This document shows positions 1-12,750 of a stretch of DNA of 64,000 nucleotides, one piece after another. This stretch comes from Octopus sinensis (taxonomy: Eukaryota): positions 87,234,001-87,298,000 of the forward strand of contig NC_042998.1 in the NCBI RefSeq assembly GCF_006345805.1. The letters run 5' to 3'. The position numbers were made by a program, and so were the translations under genes. Positions within the stretch are counted from its first letter, which is position 1. Each line of letters opens with the position of its first letter. The notes beneath the pieces were generated by a model. The model saw only the letters and a list, made by a program, of their open reading frames with translations. It was not told where the DNA came from and did not search any database.

Positions 1-89
1 TTTTTGTCCATGGCCATTTGAATTTCAAGGTATAAAATTATTTCAAAACAAATGAAAGAAAGCTAAACTTCCTTATCAGGTTTCGACAT

Positions 90-130
<41 letters not shown>

Positions 131-133
<3 letters not shown>

Positions 134-157
134 TCATCATCATCATCATCATCATCA

Positions 158-202
<45 letters not shown>

Positions 203-1520
203 TCATTTAACGTCTGCTTTCCATACTGGCATGGGTTAGATGGTTTGACTGAGGGCTGACATGCCAGAAAGCTGCACGAGGCTCCAATCTGATCTTGCAA
301 AGTTTCTACAGCTTGGTGCCCTTCCTAATGCCAACCACTCCAGTGCTTTTCATGTGCCACCAGCATGAGAGTCAGTCAGGCAGCACTGGTGACGATCACG
401 CTTGAATGGTGTTTTTACATGTCACTGGAACAGGAGCCAGTCAAGTGGCACTGGCAATGATCACACTCAAATGGTGCTTTTTATGTGCCACCAGCATGGG
501 TGCCAATCAGGTGCTACTGTCATCGGCCATGACAATGACTTCACTTGACTCAACAAATCTTTGCAAGTGCAGTTTATTGCCCAATGATTGAAGGATACTC
601 TTAAATGGGCTGGTTATGCTGCACTGGCATAGGCCACGGTTACGGTCTCACTTGACTTACTGGATCTTCTCAAGTACAGCATATCTCCAAAGGTCTTGAT
701 CACTTGTCATCACCTTGGTGAATCCCAACATTTGAAGGTCGTTCTTCACTACCTCATCCCAGGTCTTCCTGGGTCTACCTTTTCCACAGGTACCCTCTAC
801 TGCTAGGGTGTGATACTTTTTCACACAGCTGTCCTCATCCATGCACAATACATCATCATACTAGCACTGTCATCTCTCTGGCACACTACATCTGATGTTT
901 CTTATGTCCAACTTTTCTCTCAGGGTGCTTACTCTCTATTGTGTATGCAGACTGATATTGCACATCCAGCTGAGCATACAAGCTTCATTCCTTGCAAGCT
1001 TACTCATGTCCTCAGCTGTCAAGATCCATGTTTCACTGTCATGGCTGTTCTCACACACAGTCTACCTTTTACTCTGAGTGAGAGGTCCTTCTTCACCAGC
1101 AGAGGTAGGAGCTCTCAGAACTTTTCACAGGCTATTCTTATTCTATCAGTTACACTCTCAGATCATCCACCCCTGCCACTGACTTGGTCACCTAGGTAAT
1201 GAAAGCTATCAACTACTTATAGATTTTCCCCCTGGCATGTGATGGAAGCTGTTTTCCACACATTTTCAGTGTTTATTGCCCCTGAGCATTAGCCACATAC
1301 AAAATCTATCTTCCCAATTAAACTTCCTTTGATATTGCTGCACCTCTTATATGTCCATAGCCTACACCAAGTACATCTTATGGAGTTTCTTCCCATGTCT
1401 TTTCAACAGATCGAACAGGGCCATCTACCTGAAAGGATTTGCGATTTGTCTGCCTTCCTACTTATCAAGACTTTGGGTTTTGCTAGATTGACTCTAAGGC
1501 CCATCAATTCTAAACCTTTC
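131..1520 (-). mobile_element. Degenerate 5'-truncated RTE-clade LINE (3' ORF2, 3'UTR and (GAT/GAC)n tail)
   Basis: ORF 657-848 gives CVKKYHTLAVEGTCGKGRPRKTWDEVVKNDL; ORF 1403-1591 gives GLELMGLRVNLAKPKVL...GRWPCSIC. Tail (TCA)n/(TCG)n at 131-205 followed by tttaacgtc, the same family terminus as at 5278. Confidence 0.9.
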
Positions 1521-1564
1521 CTCTGTGTGTATGTGTGTGTGTGTGTGTGTGTGTATACATACAC

Positions 1565-2590
1565 AGAGTGCGATGGGTAAATTATCACCATTTCATATTT
1601 TTAATTTTGTGCATGCACATTGTTTGTTTTTGATTTTGTCAACTACACAGTATAGTTGGGTCGGTTGAGCTCTGTATGTGAGAGAAACAGCACCATGATG
1701 CAATTCACTCTGCCAAAAATTTGGAAATGACATGCTTTACTCCTTGGCATTCATGCCAGAAGCTCCAATACAAACATTTCAGAGTTTGGGGGTCAATCTG
1801 AGAACAGTGCAGTGGATTCAGAAAGAGTTAGGTTAGTCTAATGATAATTATGAAGGTACGGCAACTTGGAAAACTCCCTCTGATAGTTCTGATAAGAAAA
1901 GAACTCCTGAATTTGTTGGTGAGATCCAGGCCATGATTAACAACAATCCTTCCAAGTCAATCACATCCATCGCCAGGGAGATGGGAGTGCCTGAGTTTCT
2001 TACCAGGTAGGTTGTACATGAAAATATTTGGTATTCCTCACACAAGATGACAAAGGACCAATTTTTATCCCAAGCCATCAAGGACAAGAGGAAAGACTGT
2101 GCTATAAAGCTTTTGAACAAACTCAAGCATCCACTCTAACTGAATATGCTTTGGTTTTTCTCAGACGAAAAAGTTTCTGCCAGGATCAGATGGTGAACCC
2201 ATAGAATAACCATTGGCTTGCCGTGTCTCCAAAACATGTACCAAGAGTGATAAAAATCAAACATCCAGTCAACATCATGGTGTTTGGAGTGATCACTAGT
2301 GATGGCAACGTTATCTCTCCATTCATTTTCCCACACAGTCTCAGACACAACACTGGGGGCCTACATCAAGTGCCTGGAAGAGGTAATGCTGCCCTGGGTC
2401 AAGAGGGTGGCTGCTAGAAGACTCTATGTCTAGCAACAAGAATCTGCACCATGCCACACAAGCAGGAGAACCTAGTCATGAGGGTCAGACAATTTCTGTG
2501 ACCACATCACCCTAATATCTGGCCACCTAAGTCCCCAGACTGCAACCCCCTTGATTATTATGTGTGGAGCACAGTTGAGTGGAAGACCAA
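1565..2590 (+). mobile_element. Tc1/mariner transposon relic, maT (DD37D) type
   Basis: Fragments FSDEK, KHPVNIMVFGVITSDG, Q(D)SAPCH and WPP-SPDCNPLDYYVW. About 37 residues separate the second and third catalytic D. Many stops and frameshifts; 3' end missing. Confidence 0.85.
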
Positions 2591-2630
2591 CTTTTACTTT
2601 TCATCTGTTAATTGCACTCACCATCCCCAC

Positions 2631-2792
2631 ACAAATCATAAAATAATTTTTTCCTTTTCAAAGCAAAACAAAACAGTAAGAGGGAAAATAATGTTTATTT
2701 TGGTATATTTCCACTTTATTTATATTTGAAAAGTTTCTTCCTACATTTTTGAATTGCAAGATCTTTGATCAGATCCTCAAAATTAATCTTAG
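2631..2792. repeat. 162-bp exact direct repeat, copy 1
   Basis: acaaatcataaaataatt...aaaattaatcttag is identical base for base to 4226-4387. Confidence 0.95.
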
Positions 2793-3384
2793 TCTTAGCA
2801 CAGTCACTTAGTCTTTTTAGAGAGTCTGTGATATGCCTTATTCTTAAGGTTTAATTTCTTACAGAAATGCTTAATTATTGGCGTGTCTCATAGTGTCTTA
2901 CAGACAGAGATGTTAATTGTTCTCATGAACAATGTCTTCTCAAAGCACATTAATTACATACATGAAATATGTCCTATTTAAGCATCTGAAATTTTACTTG
3001 GCTTATAATTATTTTTGATAATGGATATTCTTCTTGAATATAAGCATTACTGTTATACAAATATTTTACTTGAGCCTTCACATTTCATTATTAACTTCTG
3101 CTGTTGCTGTCTTCATTTTGAGTTCAATTTCCCAGTCTCTCATTTTGTCTTGATGTGTCATATGTAGCAGTTGATTTATCTTATTAAGGAAATATAAAAC
3201 GATGTCAAGATGTATTTCCTTATATTTGTCTTCATATTTTCAAAATTTACCTGACTATGAGTCATCTTATGTCATCAGCCACAGTTTTTTATTGTTAAAG
3301 ATATGAATTTTCATCATCATTGCTGTCACCATAATAATTATCTGCCAACATTGTCATTGTCATCAATATCCTCTCTCCTTCTCG

Positions 3385-3625
3385 CCTCCTTCTCCTCCTC
3401 TCTCCTCCTCTCTCCTCCTCTCTCCTCTATTCTCTGTCCTCCACCACTCTCCCCCTCCATCTCCTCCTCCTCATCCTTCTCTTCCTCCTCCTCACCCACC
3501 ACCACTCTCCTCTTCCCCACTCTCTTCCTACACCAATCTCTCCTCCCACTCTCCTTCTCTGTTCTCCTCCTCCACTCTTCTTTCTCCTCTTTTCTCTTCC
3601 TCCTTTCTTCTCCTCCTCTACTCTT
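3385..3625. repeat. CT-rich low-complexity tract
   Basis: ctcct/tctcc iterations; explains the Ser/Leu and Glu/Arg junk ORFs. Confidence 0.9.
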
Positions 3626-4225
3626 ATCATGACCATCATCATCGTCATTGTCGTCGTCGGCATCATCATTTTAATATCCACTTTCCTTTCATGGTTGCAT
3701 TGGTCAGGCAATAATCATTGAGGAAGATCTTCTATAGTCAGATGCCATTCCTGCAAGAAAGGTAATATTTCCCTTAGTTTTTGAATATGAACAACACAAT
3801 AGCCAGACATGTTTTGACTGAAGATCACAGGAATAACTCTGCATGTATGATGGTGACACCCTTTGCAACCTGGGCCTGATGCCAAGACAAGGGGACAAAA
3901 ACACATGCATACACATATAAATGTGCACACACACACACACACACACATACACGTGCATGCACATACACACGTGAGTGCACATAATTGTTATGTATATATC
4001 TCTACAGGGCTTCCAAGTATTTGTTGACAGTTTTGCTAATGTTACCAAATCTTTGTGCAAGCAGAAAATTAATAAGAGCACACTGGCAGACATTATGACA
4101 TGGAATGGTAACAGTTGTGCAGGAAGGGAGGGTGCAGGACTGGATTAAGACCCATTGAGCCCCTAAGCACTTAAAAGGTTTTGGTGTTCCGATAAAAGAT
4201 TAAGTAATTCAAAATAGAAACAATA

Positions 4226-4387
4226 ACAAATCATAAAATAATTTTTTCCTTTTCAAAGCAAAACAAAACAGTAAGAGGGAAAATAATGTTTATTTTGGTA
4301 TATTTCCACTTTATTTATATTTGAAAAGTTTCTTCCTACATTTTTGAATTGCAAGATCTTTGATCAGATCCTCAAAATTAATCTTAG
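4226..4387. repeat. 162-bp exact direct repeat, copy 2
   Basis: Identical to 2631-2792; preceded at about 4135 by caggactggattaagaccc, which resembles a DNA-transposon terminus. Confidence 0.95.
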
Positions 4388-5277
4388 GTAACACATTTGC
4401 ATCTATACTTAGTAGAGATAAAGGCATCCCGAATATTATTCTTGCAAGTTCAAAGTGATTTCTTTAGTTCTATAAACCATTTACCATTTCTGTGGTGTCT
4501 CCACTTCCCTTGATGCCCTAAGCATGTGCTTATTTTGCTTAATGGTTAATCCAGTGCTGGGAGGGTGAGGGTAGAATATACTGGACACAAGTGATCCAAT
4601 GTAGCCACCTACATGAAGGTGATGTGAGGGACTAGTGGAGTTGAGTAATGAGAGTTTTGACATGGCAAATGGAAAATAGATGAGTCCTGTATCAAAGAGC
4701 TGCATTAAATGAGTCATGGGGAGAGGGTCAGAATAGACACAGTTGATTGGAAGCAATGTATGGTGAACAAAAGACACCCATTGCCATCCTCAGTTACAAC
4801 AGAGCATAGTATGCAGAGGCTTGGGAACAGGAGGGAGTGATTGAGAACTGAGAATTGAGTATGGGTGAAAGAATGTAATGTGTAAAATATGGTGAACAGT
4901 AGATAAGTAAGAAAGGCAAGGGTAAAGAAGTGCAATGGATGTCAAATGAAAGGAAGAAAACCACTAAGAAGAGGACATTGGTAGCACTGATTCCTAGCAA
5001 AACCCAAATTGCATCTCATCTAATCTAATTCTTTACCTAATTAGCCATGCTATTACCATCTGCTAATTGCTTCTGTCCACAACAAGGTCCAGTCATTGTT
5101 CCAATGTGGTGACTTGTGTGCCTCAGTGACCCTGACAGCTATGTCAGCTAAGCACAAGCTTTTGGTGGGGTCTCTCATACTGAATAGGTCAAAGGATAAA
5201 AGCCAGGCTAATTTGAACTACTTTTTCACCAATGTCTATGCTCCATAGAGAGAAATGCTTAAGTAAGTTAATGTCTA

Positions 5278-6672
5278 TCATCATCATCATCATCATCATC
5301 ATCATCGTTTAACGTCCGTTTTCCGCGCTAGCACGGGTTGGACGGTTCGACCGGGGTCTGGGAAGCCAGGGGCCGCTCCAGGCTCCAGTCTGATTTGGCA
5401 GAGTTTCTACGGCTGGATGCCCTTCCTAACGCCAACCACTCCGTGAGTGGATTGGGTGCTTTTTACGTGCCACCTGCACAGGGGCCGGGGGGTCCGGCAT
5501 CGGTCGCGATCGGTTCGAGCTTTTAACGTGCCAGCGGCACGGGGGCAACTGGGTCGGGGGTACTTTGGGGATCCGGGGTACTTTGAATGGGTAGGGGGTA
5601 TGTGGAATTGCTGCAGAAAGCAGCCCGGGTCTTTGCAGTCACAGCATATCTCCAGAGATCTCGGTCTTTCGCCATTGCCTCAGTGAGGCCCAATGCTCTG
5701 AGGTCATGCTTGACTACCTCATCCCATGTCTTCCTGGGTCTACCTCTCCCCCTGATACCTTCAACTGTTTGGGAGTGGCACTTCTTCACACATCTCTCTT
5801 CATCCATCCGCAGCACATGACCATACCATCGCAAGCGTCGCTCTTGCACACCACATCTGATGCTTCTTATATCCAGCATTTCTCTTAGGATGCTTACACT
5901 CTGTCTTGCGTGCACACTGACACTACACATCCAGCGGATCATGCTAGCTTCTTTCAAGTCTACGCATGTCCTCTGCAGTCACTGCCCATGTTTCATTACC
6001 GTGAAGCATGGCAGTTCGCACACATGCATCATACAATCTACCTTTCGCTCTGAGGGAGAGACCTTTTGTTGCCAGTAGGGGTAGGAGCTTTCTGAACTTT
6101 GCCCAGGCTATTCGTATTCTAGTGGTGATACTCTCTGTGCATCCACCTCCGCTACTAACTTGGTCACCCAGGTAGCGGAAACTATCAACTACTTCTAGTT
6201 TCTCTCCCTGGAGTGTGATGGAATCTGTTTTCTGAGTGTCTGTTGTGTCTATTGTCCCTGTGCATCTGCCGCACATGAAAGCTATCTTATCTGTTAATTT
6301 CCCTTTAATGTTGCTGAAACCTCTTATGTGTCCATAACTTACATTGGGTGCATCTTATGGAGTTTCTACCTGTACCTTTCCTACAGATTGAGCAGGGCCA
6401 CCTACCCGAGGGGGTGTGTGCTGAGTACCTCTTGCTGCTTACTAATACTTTGGTCTTTGCTACATTTATTCTAAGGCCCTTTGATTCCAACCCTTGCTTC
6501 CACACCCGAAATTTCTCTTCTAGTTCCGGTAGTGATTCTGCTATGAGAGCTAGGTCATCGGCATAGAGGAGCTCCCAGGGGCATCCCGTTTTGAATTCCT
6601 CTGTTATTGCCTGAAGGACTATGATGAATAAAAGGGGACTGAGGGCTGAGCCCTGGTGCACACCTACTTCTG
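5278..6672 (-). mobile_element. Young 5'-truncated RTE-clade LINE
   Basis: (CAT)n tail at 5278-5306, CpG-rich 3'UTR, and ORF2 pieces VHQGSALSPLLF, YADD, GLRINVAKTKV, RLRWYGHVLRM, GRPRKTW. Homology stops at EVGV (about 6672). Confidence 0.96.
5523..6672 (-). pseudogene. RTE ORF2 (reverse transcriptase C-half plus PHD finger) broken by two frameshifts
   Basis: Three consecutive ORFs (6305-6661, 5944-6276, 5523-5957). Frameshift 1: aggtttcagc versus aggtgcagc in sibling copies (about 6315). Frameshift 2: gaaagaagct versus gaaagaaatgaag (about 5950). Confidence 0.92.
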
Positions 6673-6719
6673 TAGTTGTTTATTTCTGGGGCATCTTTTT
6701 TGGCCTTCGAAAAAGTTGA

Positions 6720-6950
6720 CTATGAGGATACTGCTATGCCAGTTATTATGGTTGGTCCCTACTAACTAATTGGCTATGTGCGTAACTAGTATGGCAGGTC
6801 CTACTTTGTCAAATATTTTCTATTGCTCATCAACCATCTCTGATTTTCAGCAGCTTTCATTGAGTTCACATGCTTAATGGACTTTCTGAACATATAGATG
6901 TCAACTTCAATAACTGATCCTCCTCCTGGGTGTCCTTCAAATATTTCATC
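6720..6950 (-). mobile_element. Possible Merlin/IS1595-like transposase relic
   Basis: GHPGGGSVIEVDIYMFRKSIKH...ENQRWL loosely resembles the Merlin motif GGxGxxVEIDESxF...QxWV; highly decayed. Confidence 0.3.
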
Positions 6951-8172
6951 TTCTCTCTCTCTCCCTCTGTCTCTCTCTCTCTCCCTCTCATTCTCTCTCT
7001 CTCTCATACACACACTCAGACACATCCTCCTCATTCAGTTTCCCTTCACAGTAGGGTTTTGTTGACTTTTGTTTCAGTGTCAAAGAAGACCAAAGTACAA
7101 ACATTTTACCAATGCAAACCTGATTCTCATTCATGCACAGATTTGCAAACATAACTGATGGTTTTGACCAAAACATCAAAAACAATTGAAAATTTCTTAC
7201 ATTCAGCTTTTCTCTTTGCAAAGCTTACCTGATGTCTAACTTCTCTTCTAGCAACATGATATCTGCACCACCTCCCTCTTTCTTACAATCTTTTAAATTC
7301 TATCACTTCAATGTTATGGAAGCTTGCTTCCACCATAAATAGTCTAAGTGGCTCTAAGCAGGAGAGCATGTAGAAGCTTCCAGTGTTTACTACCATTAGT
7401 AGTCTATATATTTTTCTGTCTTGTAATGCACATCATCTATTACTTCTTTGAACCAACGTATGGACACCTTCCATTCCTTTCTTCTCTAGATTATCTCATG
7501 TCATTTGAGTTTATTTATCTCATATTCCTGATGTCAATATTGAGTGATACATTCTTTATCAGGGATGCATTCAGAAGTAACCATTTATCCTCCTACTTGG
7601 TGAGTGTGAGTCTATTTGGCTTACATATTTAATGAAGTTTTAGGAAATTAGGTGGTGAGCTGGTTTTATGAGTTAGTAACGCAATTAATCTAATTATTTG
7701 CATCACAGAACCCCAGTTCTTGGTCTCCTCTTCATTCCATGTATCATAACTATAAATTTTACATACATCATATGAGTTATTATGGTGTTCTCCAACATGC
7801 CTGTTAAACTTACCAGCTGTGATAATGTGACCATTCTTCACCACTAACAAGGTTGTTTGCAAGAATACCCAATCGAAATATTCTGTTTGCTCATTGGTTA
7901 GTTCTGACTGTAGTACATGTATAATGATTACTGTTGCCTATAAATCTAAGCATAAGTATTCTGTCATACACTCTGACTACTTTAATTACTCTTCAATCTA
8001 TACACTTCTCTGCCAACAATATGCTTACTCCACCAACAGTTTCGTCCTTATCTAGAACTTAATTCACAATGTAACTAAAACTGAAATAAATTACAAGCAA
8101 TGTGCATTTATTGACAGTATGACCCTCTTGGAGTACAATAATATTTGTTTCAATATAGAATCAGATCAAAAA

Positions 8173-8211
<39 letters not shown>

Positions 8212-8324
8212 CATATGTGTATGTATGTACAAATGTAATTATGCATATGTAGTAAATAAAATAAAAAGGGAGAGATGAAAATGTGCTAAATTTTTACACA
8301 TATATATTTATAAAAATTATCTAT

Positions 8325-8510
8325 AGGTGCAGGTGTGAGGATAAGCACAGGCATAGATAGGTGCAGTCATAGATGTGTGGTGAGAAGTTTGCTTCCCAGC
8401 CATATTGTTCTAGGTTCAGTCCCAATGTATGACACCATAGGCAAGTGAGTTGTAGCTTTTGGTTGACCAAAGCCTTGTGAATGGAACAGATAAAAGGAAA
8501 ATAAAAGCAG
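8325..8510 (+). mobile_element. tRNA-head CORE-type SINE 5' fragment
   Basis: gtgtggtgagaagtttgcttcccagccat...ggttcagtccc...ggcaagtg...gaccaaagccttgtga, homologous to 25599-26033. Confidence 0.75.
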
Positions 8511-8549
8511 TGGTGTGTGAGTGTGTGTCTGTGTGCATGAGTGTATGAT

Positions 8550-8973
8550 AAACGCCAGTGTCTATGAGGCAGAAGTCACAACAATGCTTCAAGATAATGT
8601 AGCTGAAAAGAAAAACTACATCAGTTTTTGCAAAGGCAATTTTAAAAGATGTTATGCAAATCACCAGTCTTTTCTGTGGCACATTGACAAAAATAAAGCC
8701 ACTAAGTTGGCTAGCCATGTACAGTATTTGAAGACAAGTTGCACACCACTTACAATCAAATGGAGACTTGAAGAGAAATTCATGCCATATGTAAATGGAT
8801 CAAAGAAATGCAACTTATGCAGAGAATGTGCAATCTTTCAAGATTGCACATTCTCTTTAGATCTAAAACTTCTACTGCACTACTCTGTTCCAGATCCAAC
8901 ATTTTCAGAAAATGCAAGTATATGGACAAATTTCTTTTGGCAAACTGGAGTACACCATCCTCTCTAGATTGAC
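8550..8973 (+). mobile_element. Penelope-like element, GIY-YIG endonuclease C-terminal fragment
   Basis: VYEAEVT...KKNYISFCKGNFKRCYANH...ATKLASHV.YLK...TIKWR...PYVNGSKKCNLC, then after a frameshift LLCSRSNIFRKCKYMDKFLLAN*. Typical PLE GIY-YIG terminus. Confidence 0.85.
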
Positions 8974-9390
8974 CAGCTGCCTCACAGACTTTTGATCCCA
9001 CTCAATTGAATTATCCTACAACTAGTTTATTGCTTCTACAATCTTTTTCTTTCTTTTCCTCTTTTTAGGCGTTTTTATTAACCCTTTGACTTTTTACATG
9101 AAAATTTTCCTTATTTGTTCTTGTCTTTTTTCTTGCGCTTTTTCATGTAGCAGTGTCCAGATTTTTAATGCTAAAACTATGTGAAAATTTTTTTTTTATC
9201 TAAGAGGATATTTTTGTATCATATTTATATATATAATAAAATATATACCGCCTATGTTGAAAAACAAAACTTGTTTCATTCAGCCAAATATATGTATGTA
9301 TATATATATATATATATATATATAGGAAAACTGAACGAGGAGACAAACACTTGGAATGTTGTTAAACTATTTGTATCTTGAAGTCTGCTA

Positions 9391-9455
9391 GACATGTTTC
9401 AATGGATACAGTCCAAAAGGACAAATTATGGTCAGCAATGCATCAATCTCTTCAG
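9391..9455 (-). ncRNA. Degenerate type I hammerhead-like motif
   Basis: Minus strand: CUGAAGA, long stem II (gattgatgca/tgtatccatt, 9 of 10 pairs), then GAAACAUGUC with palindromic ACAUGU. Stem I pairs poorly. Confidence 0.45.
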
Positions 9456-10149
9456 GAATGATATAAATAACAAACTCATCAAACAGACATGTTAAGATAA
9501 ATAGAAAAGTCTTATAAAATGGAACGTATTTATATTCATATGCACACATGCATACCTACACTCAAATATGTGACATGTAAATATATACATATACATAAAC
9601 ATATATAAATATATACACACACAGAAACACACATACATATATATTCGAATACATACATATATAGGCAGAAATATACTTACACACATATGCATATATATCT
9701 ACACATATACTCATACATATTCTCACAGCAATGACATAGAAACATACTTATAGAAATATACATTTATGATCACATAATTATACACATACACAAAAGATCA
9801 TATACATATACAAGAGCATACACATCCCAAAACATCGATAGACTCAAACACATAATTGTATAAACATACACAAACTTAGGCATGTGTACATTATTGTTCA
9901 TTCACAAAATACTTACATACGAACAAGGGACGCTAGGGATTTAAAGTAATGTTACCGAGACAAACTAGATATTGCATGTTCAACCCTTTCTTAATGTATC
10001 ATACATATATATATATATATATATATGCATACACACATATATACATGCATACATGCATATATATATATATATATATATATATGCATACACACATATATAC
10101 ATGCATACATGCATGTATACTCACACATACATACATACATATATATAGA

Positions 10150-10400
10150 GAGAGATCAGCTGCCCTGCAGATTAAATATCTCTGAAAATCAAAGAAAAAG
10201 AGGATATCTAAGGACAACTGCTTCAAAACCTCCACCTTCTATATCCAGACTATGAATTCATATTCATACCAATAGTAATTGGAGCACTAGGTTTAGTCTG
10301 TAAATGCTTAAAGGAGAATCTTGATAAACCGGGATTTTCAGTGTCGTGTTACTACATCCCAAAAATGGAACTTTGTATCTTTGTTGGAAACTGACTTCCT
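10150..10400 (+). mobile_element. 3' fragment of a restriction-like-endonuclease (R4/CRE/NeSL-type) non-LTR retrotransposon
   Basis: ISCPAD..ISLKIKEKED..GQLLQNLHLLYPDYEFIFIPIVIGALGLVCKCLKENL fits the RLE C-terminal pattern (K..KY..L...IPIVIGALG). Confidence 0.7.
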
Positions 10401-11199
10401 CCTCAGTGGAAGATTCAAAATAATTAAAAAATAGAAAAAACATACATGCATACATGTGTATAGTTCAATGTTACTTTCATAAATCAGCCTGAATAAATGA
10501 TTAGTGGAACTTCTATCTAATATCATACGGAATTATATAATTTGTATGCATAACCCATCATGCTGTTTAATAGAAAAAAGAAATCCATTAATTATTGAAT
10601 CAATCTCAAAAAATTTAATATAATGGTCTTCATTCCTTTTATTACCCCTGCCACCACAAATATACACACACATATGTATACACACATACAAGCATGCGTA
10701 TGTACATGTATGTGTGTGTTGGTTTTTAATTTACCTTGAAAGAATATTTATTAAAAATCCTATGTTAAAACCAATATTATATTTTGGAAGTCATATTATT
10801 AAAGCTTATAAAGCACTCACTAGTTGTAGTTTCTTGTTTTTACTTATCTTTTTCTCAGAAATTTTCATCACAATCTTCCTGTGACTTTCTCGTTAGGTTT
10901 AAATTTTCAAATGATTTTGATTTATCAACGGATAATTCTTCTGTGTTATGCTGTTATAATTTGGCTCTATAGGAATTATGCAAACCGATAACATGTTATA
11001 TGTTTAGTTTATATTTTATTTATTTATGTATTTATCTATTTTGCTTCATCTTGCTGTTGCTAATATAAAAACAAGTATGAGTTCTCTTCTTTGATTAGTA
11101 AAATCAGATATGTATCATTTACACATGCATGCACACATACACATGCATGCACACAAACACACACATGCACATGTGATGATTATGATATGTATGTGTGTG

Positions 11200-12467
11200 T
11201 TGGGTCATCCCAGAAATAATGCGTTTTTTTCAATTGCATGAACTAAAACTACAGGATAAACTACATGCATCAACTTGCTATAAAAGCAGGTAGTAATTTT
11301 AACTTCTGCTTATTCTTAGTGCAAGTTTTGAAGAGTACAGTTCAATTTTAACAGTTATTTTTTCAAAGCTATGATGGAAATGACAAAGGAGTATATTCAG
11401 CACATTTTTCTTTATGAGTTCAATAAAGGCAATAAAGCAATGGAAAGTGTGAGGAATATTAATGCAGTATATGGGAATTGGACAATAAACATAAGCCAAT
11501 GTCAATGGTGGTTTCAGAAATTCCCAGCCAGAAACTACAGCCTAGAAAATGAGCCTCATCCTGGAAGATCTGTAGAGCTTGACGAGGACATCCTGCAAAC
11601 CCTGGTGAAACAAAATCTCATCATAACTTTTGAGGAATTAGCAGAGAAGCTTGGATTTGGTCATTCAAACATTCATCGACACCTGCATGCCTTTGAAAAA
11701 GTTGGCAAATAGAGTCAATGGGTTCCTCACAAACTTTCTCTGAGTCTAATCATGCAAAGAGAGTGAATGTGTGCTCTTCTTTGCTGTCACATCTCACAAA
11801 TGAATCTTTTTTGGACCGAACAGTGACTGGTGATGAGAAATGGGTTCTCTATAAAAATGTCAAGTGCCAAAGACAGTGGATATGGAAAGGAGAAACATTG
11901 ACACCCCAGGCTAAAGAAGGTCTTCACCCACGTAAGTTGTTGTTATCTCTTTGGTAGGATATAAAAGGTTTAGTCCACTTTGAACTTTTAAACCCAAATC
12001 AAATGATAACAAAATAGATCTACTGCAAGCAGCTTGAGTGTTATTAGTTAATGCTAGAAGGAAAATGATGATCTTTGGTTTTAAGACGAGAAGTGTTCTT
12101 CTATTAGGATAATACTTGGCCATATACAATGAGGATGACATTCCAAAGACTGGAGCAGTTAGAATGGGAAACGATGCCCCACCTATCAAATTCGCCAGAC
12201 ATTACCCCATCTGATTATCATTTATTCCGCAGTCTTCAAAATTATTTGGATGGAAAAAATATGAATTCTGTAGTTGAGGTCAAAGCAGTACTGGAGGAGT
12301 ATTTTTCATCATAGACAAGTGAATTTTATAAGAGGGGCCTTGCAAGTTTACCAGATATATGAAAGAGCCTTGTAGAAAATGAAAGAGAATATATATTTTA
12401 GATTAAAAAAGAACTTCATTTATTTTAATTTTGAAAAATAAAAGTATAAAAAAAGCACATGACCTAA
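11200..12467 (+). mobile_element. Near full-length mariner (DD34D) with decayed transposase
   Basis: Left TIR ttgggtcatccc, right end atgacctaa|TA. Motifs WVPHKL, TGDEKW, HPRK, SPDITPSDYHLF; multiple stops and frameshifts. Confidence 0.92.
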
Positions 12468-12480
12468 TATTTCTATATAT

Positions 12481-12750
12481 CATCATCATCATCATCGTCG
12501 TCGTCGTCGTCGTCATCATCATCATCATCATTATCATCATCATTTAACGTCCGTTTTGCATGCTAGCATAGGTTGGACAGTTCAAGCAGGGTCTGGGAAG
12601 CCAGGAGGCTGCACCAGGCTCCAGTCTGATCTGGCAGTGTTTCTACAGTTGGATGCCCTTCCTAACACCAACCACTCCATGAGTGTAGTGGATGCTTTTT
12701 ACATGCAACTGGCACAGGGACCAGAAGAGGCTGGCAATGGCCACAATCGG
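12481..12750 (-). mobile_element. RTE 3'UTR/tail fragment (or RTE-mobilised SINE)
   Basis: (CAT)n then tttaacgtccgttttgcatgctagc...ggatgcccttcctaacaccaacc. Confidence 0.85.

Noticed and set aside
7490-7599. Exon-like segment (ctctag|...|gtgagt) encoding YLMSFEFIYLIFLMSILSDT..., considered as the KCNQ1 S1 exon
   Set aside because: 110 bp with a phase 1 start, whereas the human S1 exon is 91 bp with a phase 2 start. Similarity to LIFSVLST is too weak given 86% identity in the next exon.
7813-7940. Minus-strand exon-like frame ATVIIIHVLQSELTNEQ... with a gtaagt donor
   Set aside because: No recognisable protein and no partner exons, so a nested antisense gene cannot be supported.
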